Shown here: positions 34,883 to 35,922 of the stretch, one piece after another
Layout: the number at the start of each line of letters is the position of its first letter
How positions within the stretch are numbered: position 1 is the first letter of the stretch
Origin: Treponema sp.
GTDB lineage: Bacteria; Spirochaetota; Spirochaetia; Treponematales; Breznakiellaceae
Direction: 5' to 3'
Assembly: GCA_031267115.1 (NCBI GenBank)
Contig: JAIRZS010000345.1
Coordinates: 1-35,922, forward strand
Length of the DNA stretch: 35,922 nucleotides
Program-made: the position numbers and the translations under genes
Notes under the pieces: generated by a model
What the model was told of the DNA's origin: nothing
What the model saw: only the letters and a program-made list of their open reading frames with translations
Database searches by the model: none

Positions 34883-35131
34883 GCTGTGGCCTGAAGTTAC
34901 TTTTTTCTCAATGAGGCATCCAGATCTTCGGTTGCTTTTTTAAGGTATTTCGGGGGGCGCAAACTAAAGACGCGCCTGCCAAATTTGTCTTCGGCATATT
35001 TTTTCGATAAAAATTTATCCGGAAATTTGGTGCCTGGCACCTCGCGCCCGGAACAAGAAGATGAAGATTATCTATGGGCTTATTCCGCCCGCCAGACGGC
35101 CTGGGAGAGGCTTTGGGGCGGGCGGCTGGCT

Positions 35132-35782
35132 TTAAAAACCCAGATCCTCGCCAATTAGTATTACTTTGATGCGTTTTTCGGGCCTGCAAAGCCGGGTTTC
35201 AACGGTAAAAGTGCAGATCGACTCGGGGGATTTGCAGTTCCCGCAGGAACCGCTAACCGCACAGGGCGTGTTTTTTGTGCCTACCCGCCGGGCGTTGAAC
35301 GGCGCCGCGCAGTTACGCGCCCGCGAACGCGCATCCTCCAGGGTTTTGCAGACCTTGTTCATCCCCGCCGTGAGAATAACGCTTTTCGGGCCGTAGATTG
35401 TCGCGGCTACCCGGTTGCCGAGACCGTCTATATTTACCAGGACGCCTTCTTCGGCGATGGCGTTGATGCCGGCAAGAAAGCAGTCGCAGAGCAGGGCCTG
35501 GCGCCCGAGTTCGGACTTTTCTTCCGGGCTTTTGGCCTTGTCCCGGTCGATTACCCGGAAACCCGCCTTGTAAACTTTGTCGATAAGCCCGGTTTCCTGA
35601 AGGGTAACCGAACCGCCCCAGGATACCAGGGACCCTTCCGGAATCAGGGACAGGGCCTTTGCCGCCGCCTCTTCCCGGTTTTTACAATAATACGCCTCAA
35701 AATGCCTCGATTCCAGGTTTTTCACCACCTGCGCGGCCAGAAGCTCGTAGCGCCGGGTGATCCAATTTTCCTTTTCCTGCAT
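35132..35782 (-). CDS. LUD-domain protein (LutC/YkgG-like, DUF162)
   Basis: 216 aa. LVSWGGSVTLQETGL, FLAGINAIAEEGVLVNIDGLGNRVAA, GPKSVILTAGMNKV, and the C-terminal IKVILIGEDLGF are typical of the LUD family. SD GAGAGG upstream. Confidence 0.82.
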   Translation of the reverse strand: MQEKENWITRRYELLAAQVVKNLESRHFEAYYCKNREEAAAKALSLIPEGSLVSWGGSVTLQETGLIDKVYKAGFRVIDRDKAKSPEEKSELGRQALLCDCFLAGINAIAEEGVLVNIDGLGNRVAATIYGPKSVILTAGMNKVCKTLEDARSRARNCAAPFNARRVGTKNTPCAVSGSCGNCKSPESICTFTVETRLCRPEKRIKVILIGEDLGF

Positions 35783-35922
35783 GATTTACCTCTCTTAACG
35801 GCAATTGTACCAATCCCCGGCCCTGCCTGCAATACGGGGTCCTTAAGTTGGTACGTATATTCCCGGATTTACCGCAAAGTCGAATAAGTTCTTGCTCTGG
35901 AGTCCTTTCTTTGACCTTCTTC

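Noticed and set aside
34685-35189. 65-aa (34685-34882) and 93-aa (34908-35189) minus-strand ORFs and the 61-aa plus-strand ORF (34758-34943) in the rimP upstream region
   Set aside because: No SD in the right place and basic low-complexity translations. They run through the promoter and terminator motifs, and one overlaps the 3' end of the LUD gene. A 12-codon ORF at 34875 (MSSCGLKLLFSQ) has its GGAG too close to the ATG.
35869-35922. Possible 3' end of another minus-strand gene at the right edge (...EEGQRKDSRARTYSTLR, stop TAA at 35871-35869)
   Set aside because: Only 17 codons are visible, which is too little to distinguish from chance.

Overview
The window looks like core chromosome from a GC-rich bacterium with visibly uneven G+C. 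My best guess is Spirochaetota, Treponema-like. This is an inference from a ~900-aa GreA with a long N-terminal extension, a long divergent Prs, and many TPR/HEAT periplasmic proteins.

Gene content, left to right:
- An edge-truncated YprB/MrfB-like exonuclease that is absent from the ORF track, translationally coupled to a YprA/MrfA-like DUF1998 helicase.
- glgC, clpC, prs and dtd.
- A three-gene TPR / secreted / TPR-membrane operon, an orphan helical-repeat protein, and the giant greA.
- An 808-aa protein with signal peptide, VWA domain, Pro/Ala/Gln repeats and a TM segment.
- A 14.5-kb unbroken minus-strand block, in transcription order: rimP-nusA-infB-rbfA-truB-ribF-rpsO-pnp, two LptF/G-family permeases, tgt, and a HEAT-repeat protein.
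- An LUD-domain gene at the right end.

I recognised no rRNA, tRNA, CRISPR array, transposase, integrase or toxin/defence cassette. I cannot honestly point to a clear novel multi-gene system.

The observations most worth follow-up are non-coding or architectural:
1. A ~100-bp structured intergenic repeat family with 3 copies, whose differences fall in the hairpins and keep pairing intact.
2. Four unrelated perfect hairpins in the 562-bp clpC-prs spacer.
3. About 600 bp of ORF-free DNA upstream of rimP, holding a near-consensus promoter immediately followed by an intrinsic terminator.
4. The VWA/PAQ-repeat/TM protein, which carries long near-identical internal duplications.
5. Unusual domain architectures: a NusA C-terminal zinc ribbon, a GreA with a CarD-like module, and a RibF with a degenerate kinase half.

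Many long ORFs in the track are antisense artefacts of GC-rich coding DNA and were rejected.
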